Shown here in pieces: positions 27,028 to 38,044 of a stretch of 64,000 nucleotides of DNA. The notes beneath the pieces are model-generated. The model worked only from the letters and a program-made list of their open reading frames with translations, was not told the origin of the DNA and ran no database searches. The stretch is taken from the NCBI RefSeq assembly GCF_044704955.1, contig NW_027253860.1, forward strand, positions 310,001 through 374,000, given 5' to 3'. How positions within the stretch are numbered: position 1 is the first letter of the stretch; each line of letters opens with the position of its first letter. Position numbers and translations under genes: made by a program. The stretch comes from Pristiophorus japonicus. Taxonomy: Eukaryota.

Positions 27028-28158
27028 TATGGCAGGGGGATGGGAACCAATGCAGGGAGACAGAGGGAAACAAAAAGGAGGCAAAAGCAAAAGACAGAAA
27101 GGAGATGAGGAAAAGTGGAGGGCAGAGAAACCCAAGGCAAAGAACAAAAAGGGCCACTGTACAGCAAAATTCTAAAAGGACAAAGGGTGTTAAAAGAACA
27201 AGCCTGAAGGCTTTGTGTCTTAATGCAAGGAGTATCCGCAATAAAGTGGATGAATTAACTGTGCAAATAGATGTTAACAAATATGATGTGATTGGGATTA
27301 CGGAGACGTGGCTCCAGGATGATCAGGGCTGGGAACTCAACATCCAGGGGTATTCAACATTCAGGAAAGATAGAATAAAAGGAAAAGGAGGTGGGGTAGC
27401 ATTGCTGGTTAAGGAGCAAATTAAGGCAATAGTTCGGAAGGACATTAGCTTGGATGATGTGGAATCTATATGGGTAGAGCTGCAGAATACCAAAGGACAA
27501 AAAACGTTAGTGGGAGTTGTGTACAGACCTCCAAACAGTAGTAGTAATGTTCGGGAGGGCATTAAACATGAAATTAGGGGTGCGTGCAATAAAGGTGCAG
27601 CAGTTATAATGGGTGACATAAATATGCACATAGATTGGGTTAACCAAACTGGAAGCAATACGGTAGAGGAGGATTTCCTGGAGTGCATAAGGGATGGTTT
27701 CTTAGACCAATATGTCAAGGAACCAACTAGGGGGGAGGCCATCTTAGACTGGGTGTTGTGTAATAAGAGAGGATTAATTAGCAATCTCGTTGTGCGAGGC
27801 CCCTTGGGGAAGAGTGACCATAATATGGTGGAATTCTGCATTGGGATGGAGAATGAAACAGTTAATTCAGAGACCATGGTCCAGAACTTAAAGAAGGGTA
27901 ACTTTGAAGGTATGAGGCGTGAATTGGCTAGGATAGATTGGCGAATGATACTGAAGGGGTTGACTGTGGATGGGCACTGGCAGACATTTAGAGACCGCAT
28001 GGATGAACTACAACAATTGTACATTCCTGTCTGTCGTAAAAATAAAAAAAGGAAGGTGGCTCAACCGTGGCTATGAAGGGAAATCAGGGATAGCATTAAA
28101 GCCAAGGAAGTGGCATACAAATTGGCCAAAAATAGCAGCGAACCCGGGGACTGGGAGA

Positions 28159-28654
28159 GATTCCCGGGATGACGGGACTGACCTATCAAGAAAGACTGGA
28201 TCAACTGGGCTTGTATTCACTGGAGTTCAGAAGAATGAGAGGGGACCTCATAGAAACATTTAAAATTCTGATGGGTTCAGACAGGTTAGATGCAGGAAGA
28301 ATGTTCCCAATGTTGGGGAAGTCCAGAACCAGGGGACACAGTCTAAGGATAAGGGGTAAGCCATTTAGGACCGAGATGAGGAGAAACTTCTTCACCCAGA
28401 GAGTGGTGAACCTGTGGAATTATCTACCACAGAAAGTTGTTGAGGCCAATTCACTAAATATATTCAAAAAGGAGTTAGATGAGGTCCTTACTACTAGGGG
28501 GATCAAGGGGTATGGCGAGAAAGCAGGAATGGGGTACTGAAGTTGCATGTTCAGCCATGAACTCATTGAATGGCGGTGCAGGCTAGAAGGGCCGAATGGC
28601 CTACTCCTGCACCTATTTTCTATGTTTCTATGTTTCTATGTTTCTATGTTTCTA
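28159..28654 (+). mobile_element. CR1 3' fragment nested in ORF2 of the same CR1 family
   Basis: Near-duplicate of 30110-30583, inserted within ctgggagaa/actcagcagagg (compare the uninterrupted copy at 38390-38420). Confidence 0.9.
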
Positions 28655-31276
28655 ACTCAGCAGAGGAGGACAAAGGGTTTGATTAGGGCAGGGAAAATGG
28701 AGTACGAGAAGAAGCTTGCAGGGAACATTAAGACGGATTGCAAAAGTTTCTATAGATATGTAAAGAGAAAAAGGTTAGTAAAGACAAATGTAGGTCCCCT
28801 GCAGTCAGAATCAGGGGAAGTCATAACGGGGAACAAAGAAATGGCGGACCAATTGAACAAGTACTTTGGTTCGGTATTCACTGAGGAGGACACAAACAAC
28901 CTTCCGGATATAAAAGGGGTCGGAGGGTCTAGTAAGGAGGAGGAACTGAGGGAAATCCTTATTAGTCGGGAAATTGTGTTGGGGAAATTGATGGGATTGA
29001 AGGCCGATAAATCCCCAGGGCCTGATGGACTGCATCCCAGAGTACTTAAGGAGGTGGCCTTGCAAATAGTGGATGCATTGACAGTCATTTTCCAACATTC
29101 CATTGACTCTGGATCAGTTCCTATGGAGTGGAGGGTAGCCAATGTAACCCCACTTTTTAAAAAAGGAGGGAGAGAGAAAACGGAATTACAGACCGGTCAG
29201 CCTGACATCGGTAGTGGGTAAAATGATGGAATCAATTATTAAGGATGTCATAGAAGTGCATTTGGAAAGAGGTAATATGATAGGTCCAAGTCAGCATGGA
29301 TTTGTGAAAGGGAAATCATGCTTGACAAATCTTCTGGAATTTTTTGAGGATGTTTCCAGTAGAGTGGACAAGGGAGAACCAGTTGATGTGGTATATTTGG
29401 ACTTTCAGAAGGCTTTCGACAAGGTCCCACACAAGAGATTAATGTGCAAAGTTAAAGCACATGGGATTGGGGGTAGTGTGCTGACATGGATTGAGAACTG
29501 GTTGTCAGACAGGAAGCAAAGAGTAGGAGTAAATGGGGACTTTTCAGAATGGCAGGCAGTGACTAGTGGGGTACCGCAAGGTTCTGTGCTGGGGCCCCAG
29601 CTGTTTACACTGTACATTAATGATTTAGACGAGGGGATTAAATGTAGTATCTCCAAATTTGCGGATGACACTAAGTTGGGTGGCAGTGTGAGCTGCAAGG
29701 AGGATTCTATGAGGCTGCAGAGCGACTTGGATAGGTTAGGTGAGTGGGCAAATGCATGGCAGATGAAGTATAATGTGGATAAATGTGAGGTTATCCACTT
29801 TGGTGGTAAAAACAGAGAGACAGACTATTATCTGAATGGTGACTAATTAGGAAAAGTGCAAAGACACCTGGGTGTCATGGTACATCAGTCATTGAAGGTT
29901 GGCATGCAGGTACAGCAGGCGGTTAAGAAAGCAAATGGCATGTTGGCCTTCATAGCGAGGGGATTTGAGTACAAGGGCAGGGAGGTGTTGCTACAATTGT
30001 ACAGGGCCTTGGTGAGGCCACACCTGGAGTATTGTGTACAGTTTTGGTCTCCTAACCTGAGGAAGGACATTCTTGCTATTGAGGGAGTGCAGCGAAGGTT
30101 CACCAGACTGATTCCCGGGATGGCGGGACTGACCTATCAAGAAAGACTGGATCAACTGGGCTTGTATTCACTGGAGTTCAGAAGAATGAGAGGGGACCTC
30201 ATAGAAACGTTTAAAATTCTGACGGGGTTAGACAGGTTAGATGCAGGAAGAATGTTCCCAATGTTGGGGAAGTCCAGAACCAGGGGACACAGTCTAAGGA
30301 TAAGGGGGAAGCCATTTAGGACCGAGATGAGGAGGAATTTCTTCACCCAGAGAGTGGTGAACCTGTGGAATTCTCTACCACAGAAAGTTGTTGAGGCCAA
30401 TTCACTAAATATATTCAAAAAGGAGTTAGATGAAGTCCTTACTACTAGGGGAATCAAGGGGTATGGTGAGAAAGCAGGAATGGGGTACTGAAGTTGCATG
30501 TTCAGCCATGAACTCATTGAATGGCGGTGCAGGCTAGAAGGGCCGAATGGCCTACTCCTGCACCTATTTTCTATGTTTCTATGATACATGATTGAGCGAT
30601 CTGGATGGCCCTTTTTAAATCCAACTCCTCCACCGCCAGAAGTTTGTGCAGGATCACCTCGTGGTTGATACTGAGAACAAAGAAGTCCCGCAGCATGTCT
30701 GCCAACACCGTCCTGAACTTACACAGTCCCGCTAGACGTCTCAGGTCAGCAACGAATTCCGCCGTGCTCTGGCCCTCCGATCGAACGTGTGTATAAAACC
30801 TGTATCTCGAGATGATGATGCTGTCGTCTGGCTTGAGGTGCTCCCGTACCAATGTACGCAACTCCTCGTACGTTTTCTCTGTTGGATCACTAGGCATGAG
30901 TAGATTCTTTATCAGACCACAGATCTTCTAGGTGCCGATCTGCATCGTTGACCCACTTCATTTTGTTGGCCATGAAGTACTGGTTCAAATGGCTCACAAA
31001 GTCTGCCCAATCTTCTCCCTCCACGACTCGCTCTAAAAATCCAATCGTGTTCATTTTGCAAACAAAGGTTCTTGTATTCTCGTCGCCAAATGTAATGTAT
31101 GGAATAAAGGTTCAAGCTGAGTACTGTTTAACTAAGCAAGGTACAACCTTGGCTCTGTCTTATTTAGGCTCAAAGTGCCTGACTCTCAAAATGGCTGGCC
31201 TTTTATACCTGAGCAGCACCATGAGCGTGCTGCTCAGTGGTCTCCAACAATGACGCCATCTGGTGGCTACAAACAG

Positions 31277-32232
31277 AATGACTTGGACGTGGGTGCACAG
31301 GGCACAATTTCAAAATGTACAGATGACACAATATCTGGAAGTACAGTGAACAGTGAGGAGGATAGTGACAGACCAGGAAGACATACACAGGCTGGTGAAA
31401 TGGGCGGACAGGTCGCTGATTAAATTTAACACAGAAAAGTGTGAAGTGATACATTTTGATCGGAAGAATGAGGAGAGGAAATATAAACTAAAGGGTACAA
31501 TCCTGAAGTGGGTGCATGAACAGAGAGACCTGGGGGTACATGAGCACAAATCGTTGAAGGTGGCAGGATGAGAAAGTGGTTAAAAAAGTATTTGGCATCC
31601 TGGGCTTCATAAATAGAGGCATAGAGTACAAAAGCAGGGAAGTTATTATGAACCTTTATAAAACACTGGTTCGGCCTCAACTGGAGTATTGTGTCCAATT
31701 CTGGGCACCGCACTTTAGGAAGGATGTGAAGGCCTTAGAGAGGGTGCAGAAAATATTTACAAGAATGGTTCCAGGGATGAGGGACTTCAGTTACATGGAC
31801 AGACTGGAGAAACTGGGGTTGTTCTCCTTGGAGCAGAGAAGATTGAGAGGAGATCTGAGAGAGGTGATCAAAATCATGAGGGGTCCAGACAGAGTAGATA
31901 GAGAGAAACTGTTCCCATTGGTGGAAGGGTCGGGAACCAGAGGTCACAGATTTAAGGTGATTGTCAGAAGAACCAATGAGGTAAAACCTTTTGACGCAGC
32001 GAGTGGTTATGATCTGGAATGCAGTGCCTGAAAGCTTGGTGGAGGCAGATTCAATCGTAGCTTTCAGAAGGGAATAGGTCAGTACCCGAAGGGAACAGGT
32101 TTACAGAGCTACGGGGAGAGGGCGGGAGAGAGGGACTCACTGAAGTGCTCTTACAGAGAGCCAGTACGGGCTCGACGGGCCGAATGGCCTCCCTCTGTGC
32201 TGTAACCATTCTAGGATTCTATTCTATGGTTC
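31277..32232 (+). mobile_element. CR1 3' fragment, older subfamily
   Basis: KFNTEKCEVIHF and LEYCVQFWAP motifs; attctat tail. Confidence 0.88.
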
Positions 32233-32237
32233 TAATT

Positions 32238-32492
32238 AAATAAATCTGGAATAAAAATCTAGTATCAGTTATGGTGACCATGAAACTACCAGATTCTGGT
32301 TCCCCAATGTCCTTTGGGGAATGAAATCTGGCCGATATGTGACTCCAGACCACAGCAATGTGGTTGAGTTCTAACTGCCCTCTGACATGACCGAGCAAGA
32401 CACACAGTTGTAACAAACTGCGACCAAGAAATATACTCACTGTGGGAGTAGCATCACCTCACGGGCTGCACCTTCCCAAGGGCAATAAATGC
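32238..32492 (+). mobile_element. Ancient SINE-like fragment, resembling MER131
   Basis: tgtgactccagaccacagcaatgtggttga..taactgccctctga...gggcaataaatgct. The family name is from recall and was not searched. Confidence 0.45.
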
Positions 32493-32677
32493 TCTTTGTG
32501 AACGATTAAAAAATCATCGGCCATCTCTGGCCACCTGCTGCAGACACTCTCACCCTGACTTTATCACTTTAAGACTCGACTATTGCAGTGCTTTCCTGGT
32601 TGGCCTCACATACTCCGCCGAACATAAACTTTAGCTCATCCATAACTCTGCTTGCCTATCCTACACTGCAGCACTTC

Positions 32678-32995
32678 CCACACACACACACTCCCCACAC
32701 ACATACACCCCATACACATACATACACTCCCCACACACACACACTCCCCACGCGCGTGCACACTCCCCAAACATACATTCCCCCCCAGGCACACACTCAC
32801 ACTCCCCGCACACACACACACACTCCCCGCACACACACACACTCCCCGCACACACACACACTCCCCGCACACACACACACTCACACCATACACACACACA
32901 CACTCCCCACACGCGTGCACACTCCCCAAACATACACTCCCCCCCCGACACACACACACACACCCACACACACAGTGTCGCTCCCCACACACACT
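32678..32995. repeat. CA-rich simple repeat
   Basis: Seen directly. Confidence 0.9.
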
Positions 32996-33610
32996 GCGTC
33001 GCTCCCCAAGTGTACTACATCATGAGTCCGGTTTGTGTGGTATAAATGCAGCATTAAATGTTTACATATGAAGTAGCTTGACCCTGTGTCCGTTGCTTCA
33101 CCTGGGAGCAGTGAGCTGCAACACATCTACACAGCACCAACTCCAAGGTTAACGTTCCAATGGGGGTAACTGAACTCTGTCTGCTCACCAGTGGGAGTGG
33201 GTTTGAAATCGGCCGCGGCTGGAGGGATGGAGATTGTGTCTGTGTGTCCGTCTCCACGTGGCTCTTACAGACCTCAGTACAACACATCCCTCACTGGACA
33301 CTAAACATCAACATTGCTGAGAGAGGCGGCAAGAATTGAAGTAGAAATTGTTCCAGTGGTGAGCTCTGTTCCAAGTCTGAGGGTGAGGCACATTAGTGAT
33401 GCCCGACAGAGGGAGCTTTACTCCACAGCTGACTCTCCTATATCTTCACCAGCTTGATGCAGCTATTGAGTGCTTGAAATGGGAAAGTATTCCATTTTTC
33501 AGAGATAACAATAAGTAGAAGATTCATCCGATTGATTTTTAGAAACATCACAAAACAATAAACATTATTCGGACTAATCAGCGGAATGAGTAATGAATTG
33601 GGTTTCTTAC

Positions 33611-33654
33611 CACTGACTGTTGCATACACCGTGTTAAACTCTCCAGCGGGGGGC
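33611..33654 (-). CDS. Receptor gene cytoplasmic exon 1 with ITSM TVYATV (phase 2-1, 44 bp)
   Basis: Acceptor ctttctgtttctgcaccatctccctag| and donor |gtaaga. Phase matches the TM exon; reads (G)PPAGEFNTVYATVS. Confidence 0.8.
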
Positions 33655-33698
33655 CTAGGGAGATGGTGCAGAAACAGAAAGTCAATGATTCATTTACA

Positions 33699-33860
33699 GC
33701 ATAAATATCAGTGAATGTTTCTGTACAACAACTTCACACTGGCACTGCTGTGAGCATAAATATCAGTGAATGTTTCTGTACAACTTCACACTGGCACTGC
33801 TGTGAGCATAAATATCAGTGAATGTCTCTGTACAACTTCACACTGGCACTGCTGTGAGCA
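33699..33860. repeat. Tandem repeat of about 52 bp, 3 copies
   Basis: gcataaatatcagtgaatgtttctgtacaacttcacactggcactgctgtga. Confidence 0.9.
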
Positions 33861-33984
33861 GGAAAGAGCACAGAAGCTTCAAAGAACGTCTCTCTCTTAA
33901 AATGAAATTCTGCACAAGTCATGACCGTTTGGTTGATGTTCGATCGACTCCTGATTGAAGTGGGTTATGTTTGTCTCCTATACA

Positions 33985-34615
33985 TAACAACAACAACTTG
34001 TATTTATATAGTGCCTTTAACGTAGTGAATGTCCCAAGGTGCTTCACAGGAGTATTATTTGAGATAAAGAATTTGACACTGAGCCACATAAGTAGAAATT
34101 GGTGCAGGTGATCAAAAGCTTGTTCAAAGAGTTAGGTTTTAAGGAGCGTCTTGAAGGAGGAAGGAGAGGTAGAGAGGCGGAGAGGTCTAGGCAGGGAGTT
34201 CCAGAGCTTGGGGCCCAGGCAACAGAAGGTCAGCGAGCACAGGGGTGATGAGTGAGCAGGACTTGGTGCGAGTTCGGACACGGGCTGCCGAGTTTTGGAT
34301 CACCTCTAGTTTACGTCGGGTATAATATGGGAGGTCAGCCAGGAGTGCTTTGGAATAGTCAAGTCTAGAGGTAACAAAGGCATGGATGAGGGTTTCAGCA
34401 GCGGATGAGCTGAGGCAAGGGCGGAGATGGGTGATGTTACGGAGGTGGAAATAGGCGGTTGTAGTTATGCTGTGGCTATGTGGTCGAAAGCTCATTTAAG
34501 GGTCAAAAATGACACCAAGATTGTGAACAGTCTGGTTCAACCTCAGGCAGAAGTTGGAGAGAGGGATGGAGTCAGTGGCTAGGGAACGGAGTTTGTGGCA
34601 GGGACCGAAAACAAT
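33985..34615 (-). mobile_element. L2 LINE 3' part
   Basis: ORF with HAFVTSRLDYS...IQNSAAR; (aac)n tail. Confidence 0.88.
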
Positions 34616-34616
34616 G

Positions 34617-35300
34617 AACATAAAAACATAAGAAATAGGAGCAGGAGTAGGCCATACAACCCCTCGAGCCTGCTCCGCCATTTAATATGATCATGGCTGA
34701 TCCGATCATGGACTCAGGTCCACTTCCCTGTCCGTTCCCCATAACCCCTTATGCCCTTATCAGTTAAGAAACTGTCTATCTCTGTCTTAAATATATTCAA
34801 TGCCCCAGCTTCCACAGCTCTCTGAGGCAGCGAATTCCACAGATTTAAAACCCTCTGAGGGAAGAAATTCCTCCTCATCTCAGTTTTAAATGGGCGGTCC
34901 CTTATACTAAGATTATGCCTCCTAGTTCTCGTCTCCTGTATCAGTGGAAACATCCTCTCTGCATCCACCTTGTCATAGAAAAACATAGAAACATAGAAAA
35001 TAGGTACAAGAGTAGGCCATTCGGCCCTTCGAGCCTGCACCACCATTCAATGAGTTCATGGCTGAACATGCAACTCCAGCACCCCATTCCTGCTTTCTCG
35101 CCATACCCCTTGATCCCCCTAGTAGTAAGGACTACATCTAACTCCTTTTTGAATATATTTAGTGAATTGGCCTCAACAACTTTCTGTGGTAGAGAATTCC
35201 ACAGGTTCACCACTCTCTGGGTGAAGAAGTTTCTCCTCATCTCGGTCCTAAATGGCTTACCCCTTATCCTTAGACTGTGGCTTACCCCTTATCCTTAGAC
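34617..35300 (-). mobile_element. Two stacked CR1 3' fragments (34617-34972 and 34974-35300)
   Basis: Two RRNFF..RVxNLWNSLP C-terminal regions, each with its own tail. Confidence 0.88.
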
Positions 35301-35643
35301 TATGCCTAAGAAAGGCAGAGAGAAATTTGTACATGATCTACATAGCACTCATCCCGGTATTGTCATGATGAAAGCCATTGCCAGGTCTCATGTATGATGA
35401 CCTGGAATTGACTCTGATCTGGAATCATGTGTGCATCAGTGCAACACTTGCATGCAGCTAATTAAAGCATCAGCGAAATTGCCGCTGAGTCTGTGGTTGT
35501 GGCCATCTAAACCACGGTCCAGGATCCACATTGACTTTGCAGGTCTCTTCCTGGGAAAGATGTTTTTAGTTGTGGTGGATGCATATTCCAAGTGGATATA
35601 GTGTATAATCATGTCATCCAGTACATCCACAGCTACCATTGAA
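35300..35643 (+). mobile_element. Gypsy integrase fragment
   Basis: HPGIVMMKAIARSHV...IHIDFAG..GKMFLVVVDAYSKW; homologous to 18060-18340 and 22370-22700. Confidence 0.85.
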
Positions 35644-36516
35644 ACATAGCAACATAGAAAATAGGTGCAGGAGTAGGCCATTCGGCCCCTCGAGCCCGTA
35701 CTGCCATTCAACGAGTTCATGGCCGAACATGCAACTCCAGCACCCCACTCCCGCTCCCCCGCCACACCCCCCAATCCTCCCAGTAGCGAGGACCACATCT
35801 AACTCCTTCCCGAACACATTTAGTAAATTGGCCTCAACAACTTTCCGTGGTAGAGAATTCCACAGGTCCACCACCCCCCGGGCGAAGAAGTTTCCCCCCC
35901 ATCTCGGCCCCAAATGGCCCACCCCCATCCCTAGACCGTGACCCCCGGTCCCAGACCCCACTAACACCAGGAACATCCCTCCCGCATCCAACCTGTCCAA
36001 ACCCGCCAGAACCCGAAACATTTCCATGAGATCCCCTCTCACTCCTCCGAACTCCAGCGAATACAAGCCCAGTCGATCCAGCTCCCCCCCCTCACCCAGA
36101 CACGTCAGTCCCACCATCCCGGGAATCAATCCGGTGAACCCTCGCTGTACCCTCTCAACAGCAAGAGTGTCCCCCCTCAAGTCAGGAGACCAAAACTGCA
36201 CACAACACTCCAGGCACAGCCTCACCAGGGCCCTGCACAACCGCAGCAACACCTCCCCACCCCTGCACTCAAATCCCCCCGCCATGAAGGCCAACACGCC
36301 ACCCGCCCTCCCAACCGCCTGCCGTATCTGCATGCCAACCCCCAGTGACCGATGTCCCACGACACCCAGGTCTCGTTGCACCTCCCCTTTTCCTAATCTG
36401 TCACCATTCAGATAATAGTCTGTCTCTCTGTTTTTACCACCAAAGTGGATAACCTCACATTTATCCACATTATACTTCATCTGCCATGCATTTGCCCACT
36501 TACCTAACCTATCCAA
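35643..36516 (-). mobile_element. CR1 3' fragment with A-to-G hypermutation
   Basis: Aligns with 59824-60690 and shows dense T-to-C changes on the plus strand between about 35685 and 36360. Confidence 0.92.
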
Positions 36517-37149
36517 GTTCGCAGCAGCCTACCAAACTGTGCTCCAGCAAATTGTTGGGGATGTTGAGGTGCTGCCCCGGGGGAGTGGCACTGGGTCAGT
36601 GGAGCAGGAACCTGCTGTCCTTTCTCAGAATGACAGCTATCCTGATCCCACCACTGCCACTCCGCCATTGCACTTGTCGCTGGCCGTCATCCAGCCAGCC
36701 CAGACTGCTGCTGCCCAGCCTGAGGTGGTGGAGTCTACAGCCGAGCCTTCCAGGCCCAGAGCTGGTCGAGGGTGTCCTGCAAGGCCTTCTGTAGTATCTG
36801 GCCCTGACACGCAGCAGTCTTCCACCAGCCGTGCCTCAGCGGAGGAACGCTAGACTAGTTAAAGCAAAAAGGGGATAGAAGGAAATGCACAAGGGTGATT
36901 AGTAAATATATTATGTTGTTCTGATATAAATTTGGATTGGAATTTTTAATCTTTGCTGTTGTCTCTCATTTCAGTTTTGGGGCTTTGGAATGGAAGGGAA
37001 AATGGATGTGGTCATGGGGACGTCCAAAGGAACCGGGAAGTGGGATGGAACTCTGATGAGACGGTCACGGATCTCAGAATCTTATACGTATTGAAACGAT
37101 CACCTCTCATTCTTCTGAATGCCAATGAGTAGAGGCCCAACCTGTGATG

Positions 37150-37680
37150 CAGACAGTTTCCATCTGACAGTGCAGAATTAGGTATTAGCAGGCAATAGGC
37201 TGGGCCGCTGTGGTAGTTGAGTTAGTGCAGAGGTCTATGTTGGTAAGGGTGTATTGGGCCAGTGTATTTTGTAGATGGGGTCAGGACTAGAAAAGCATTG
37301 GTGCATCTTGGAGATGAATGATCCCGGTGACTGCGTGCATCATGTTGTGTCTTTGATCCCGCTTGTCACAATGATGTCAGGAACCAGAGCTCAGAGGATA
37401 GCCTTTGTCTTTCAGGAGCCATGATCCCAGTCTGCCTTCTCCTTGAAAGAGTTTAGGCACAGTGGATGGTCTTAAAATGGAGGGATCAGAACATTCACCG
37501 TATGATGAGCTGGTCACTGAACTGCACATTGAGGGGGTTAGAAACCCCCGGAGTTCAGGAAGACCGTGGTGTAATGTGTAGGGTCCAAGGTGGGCACGGA
37601 TACCAACAACAATGTCTTGGACTTTGGCGAATCCTGTGATGTGGAATAATTCCAATGCAGTGCATCACAACAAATAAAAC
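37150..37680 (-). mobile_element. PIF/Harbinger transposase remnant
   Basis: ORF 37377-37655 has ITGFAKVQ, DPSILRPSTVPKLF and WLLKDKGYPL, resembling HARBI1-type IAGFPxVQG, DSFILR and WLLGDKGYPL. Confidence 0.6.
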
Positions 37681-38044
37681 AAAACTGCACTTTAAAAAAT
37701 ACAATCACCAGCCGCAGCTCTCAAATCCCACGTCCATCATCAAAAACGCTGCTGTGGAAAAGCCAGAAGCCCTTTGCGTACCGACCTGCTGAAAGCACTG
37801 GCTCACTTTATGTGGGTGAGCAGAGCACAATGGACATTGCTCCTGGGAAAACTGGGGAATGCTGCTAGCCACCATTAGCATTCATTTCCACAGATTACAA
37901 GATGTAAAATGGGCTCCTGCACATTTTCTACACGTGCGTTAGAGCGGTCTAACAGGATTCCCCGCACTATTTCCTGGCCCAGGTGCCATTCCGTTATGAC
38001 CCACTGACTGGGAAGTATGGCACCAGATATTCCCAGAGTTACCA

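Larger units (their letters stand above)
25085..30583 (+). mobile_element. Full-length CR1 LINE: monomeric 5' UTR, intact ORF1, disrupted ORF2
   Basis: ORF1 at 26080-27027. ORF2 has APE motifs (LNARS, ITETW, SDHN) and RT motifs ([12 protein letters not shown]), with a TGA at 28074, frameshifts and a nested insertion. (tatgtttc)n tail. Confidence 0.96.
21294..31280 (-). mobile_element. Second Gypsy (Mag-like) LTR retrotransposon, with gag interrupted by a full-length CR1
   Basis: 3' LTR at 21294-21479; 5' LTR at 31091 to about 31280 with its outer end truncated; PBS TGGCGACGAG at about 31079-31088. Gag at 30583-31050 and 24780-25083; protease ELDTGA, RT FQDD and integrase fragments at 21511-24776. 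Confidence 0.92.
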
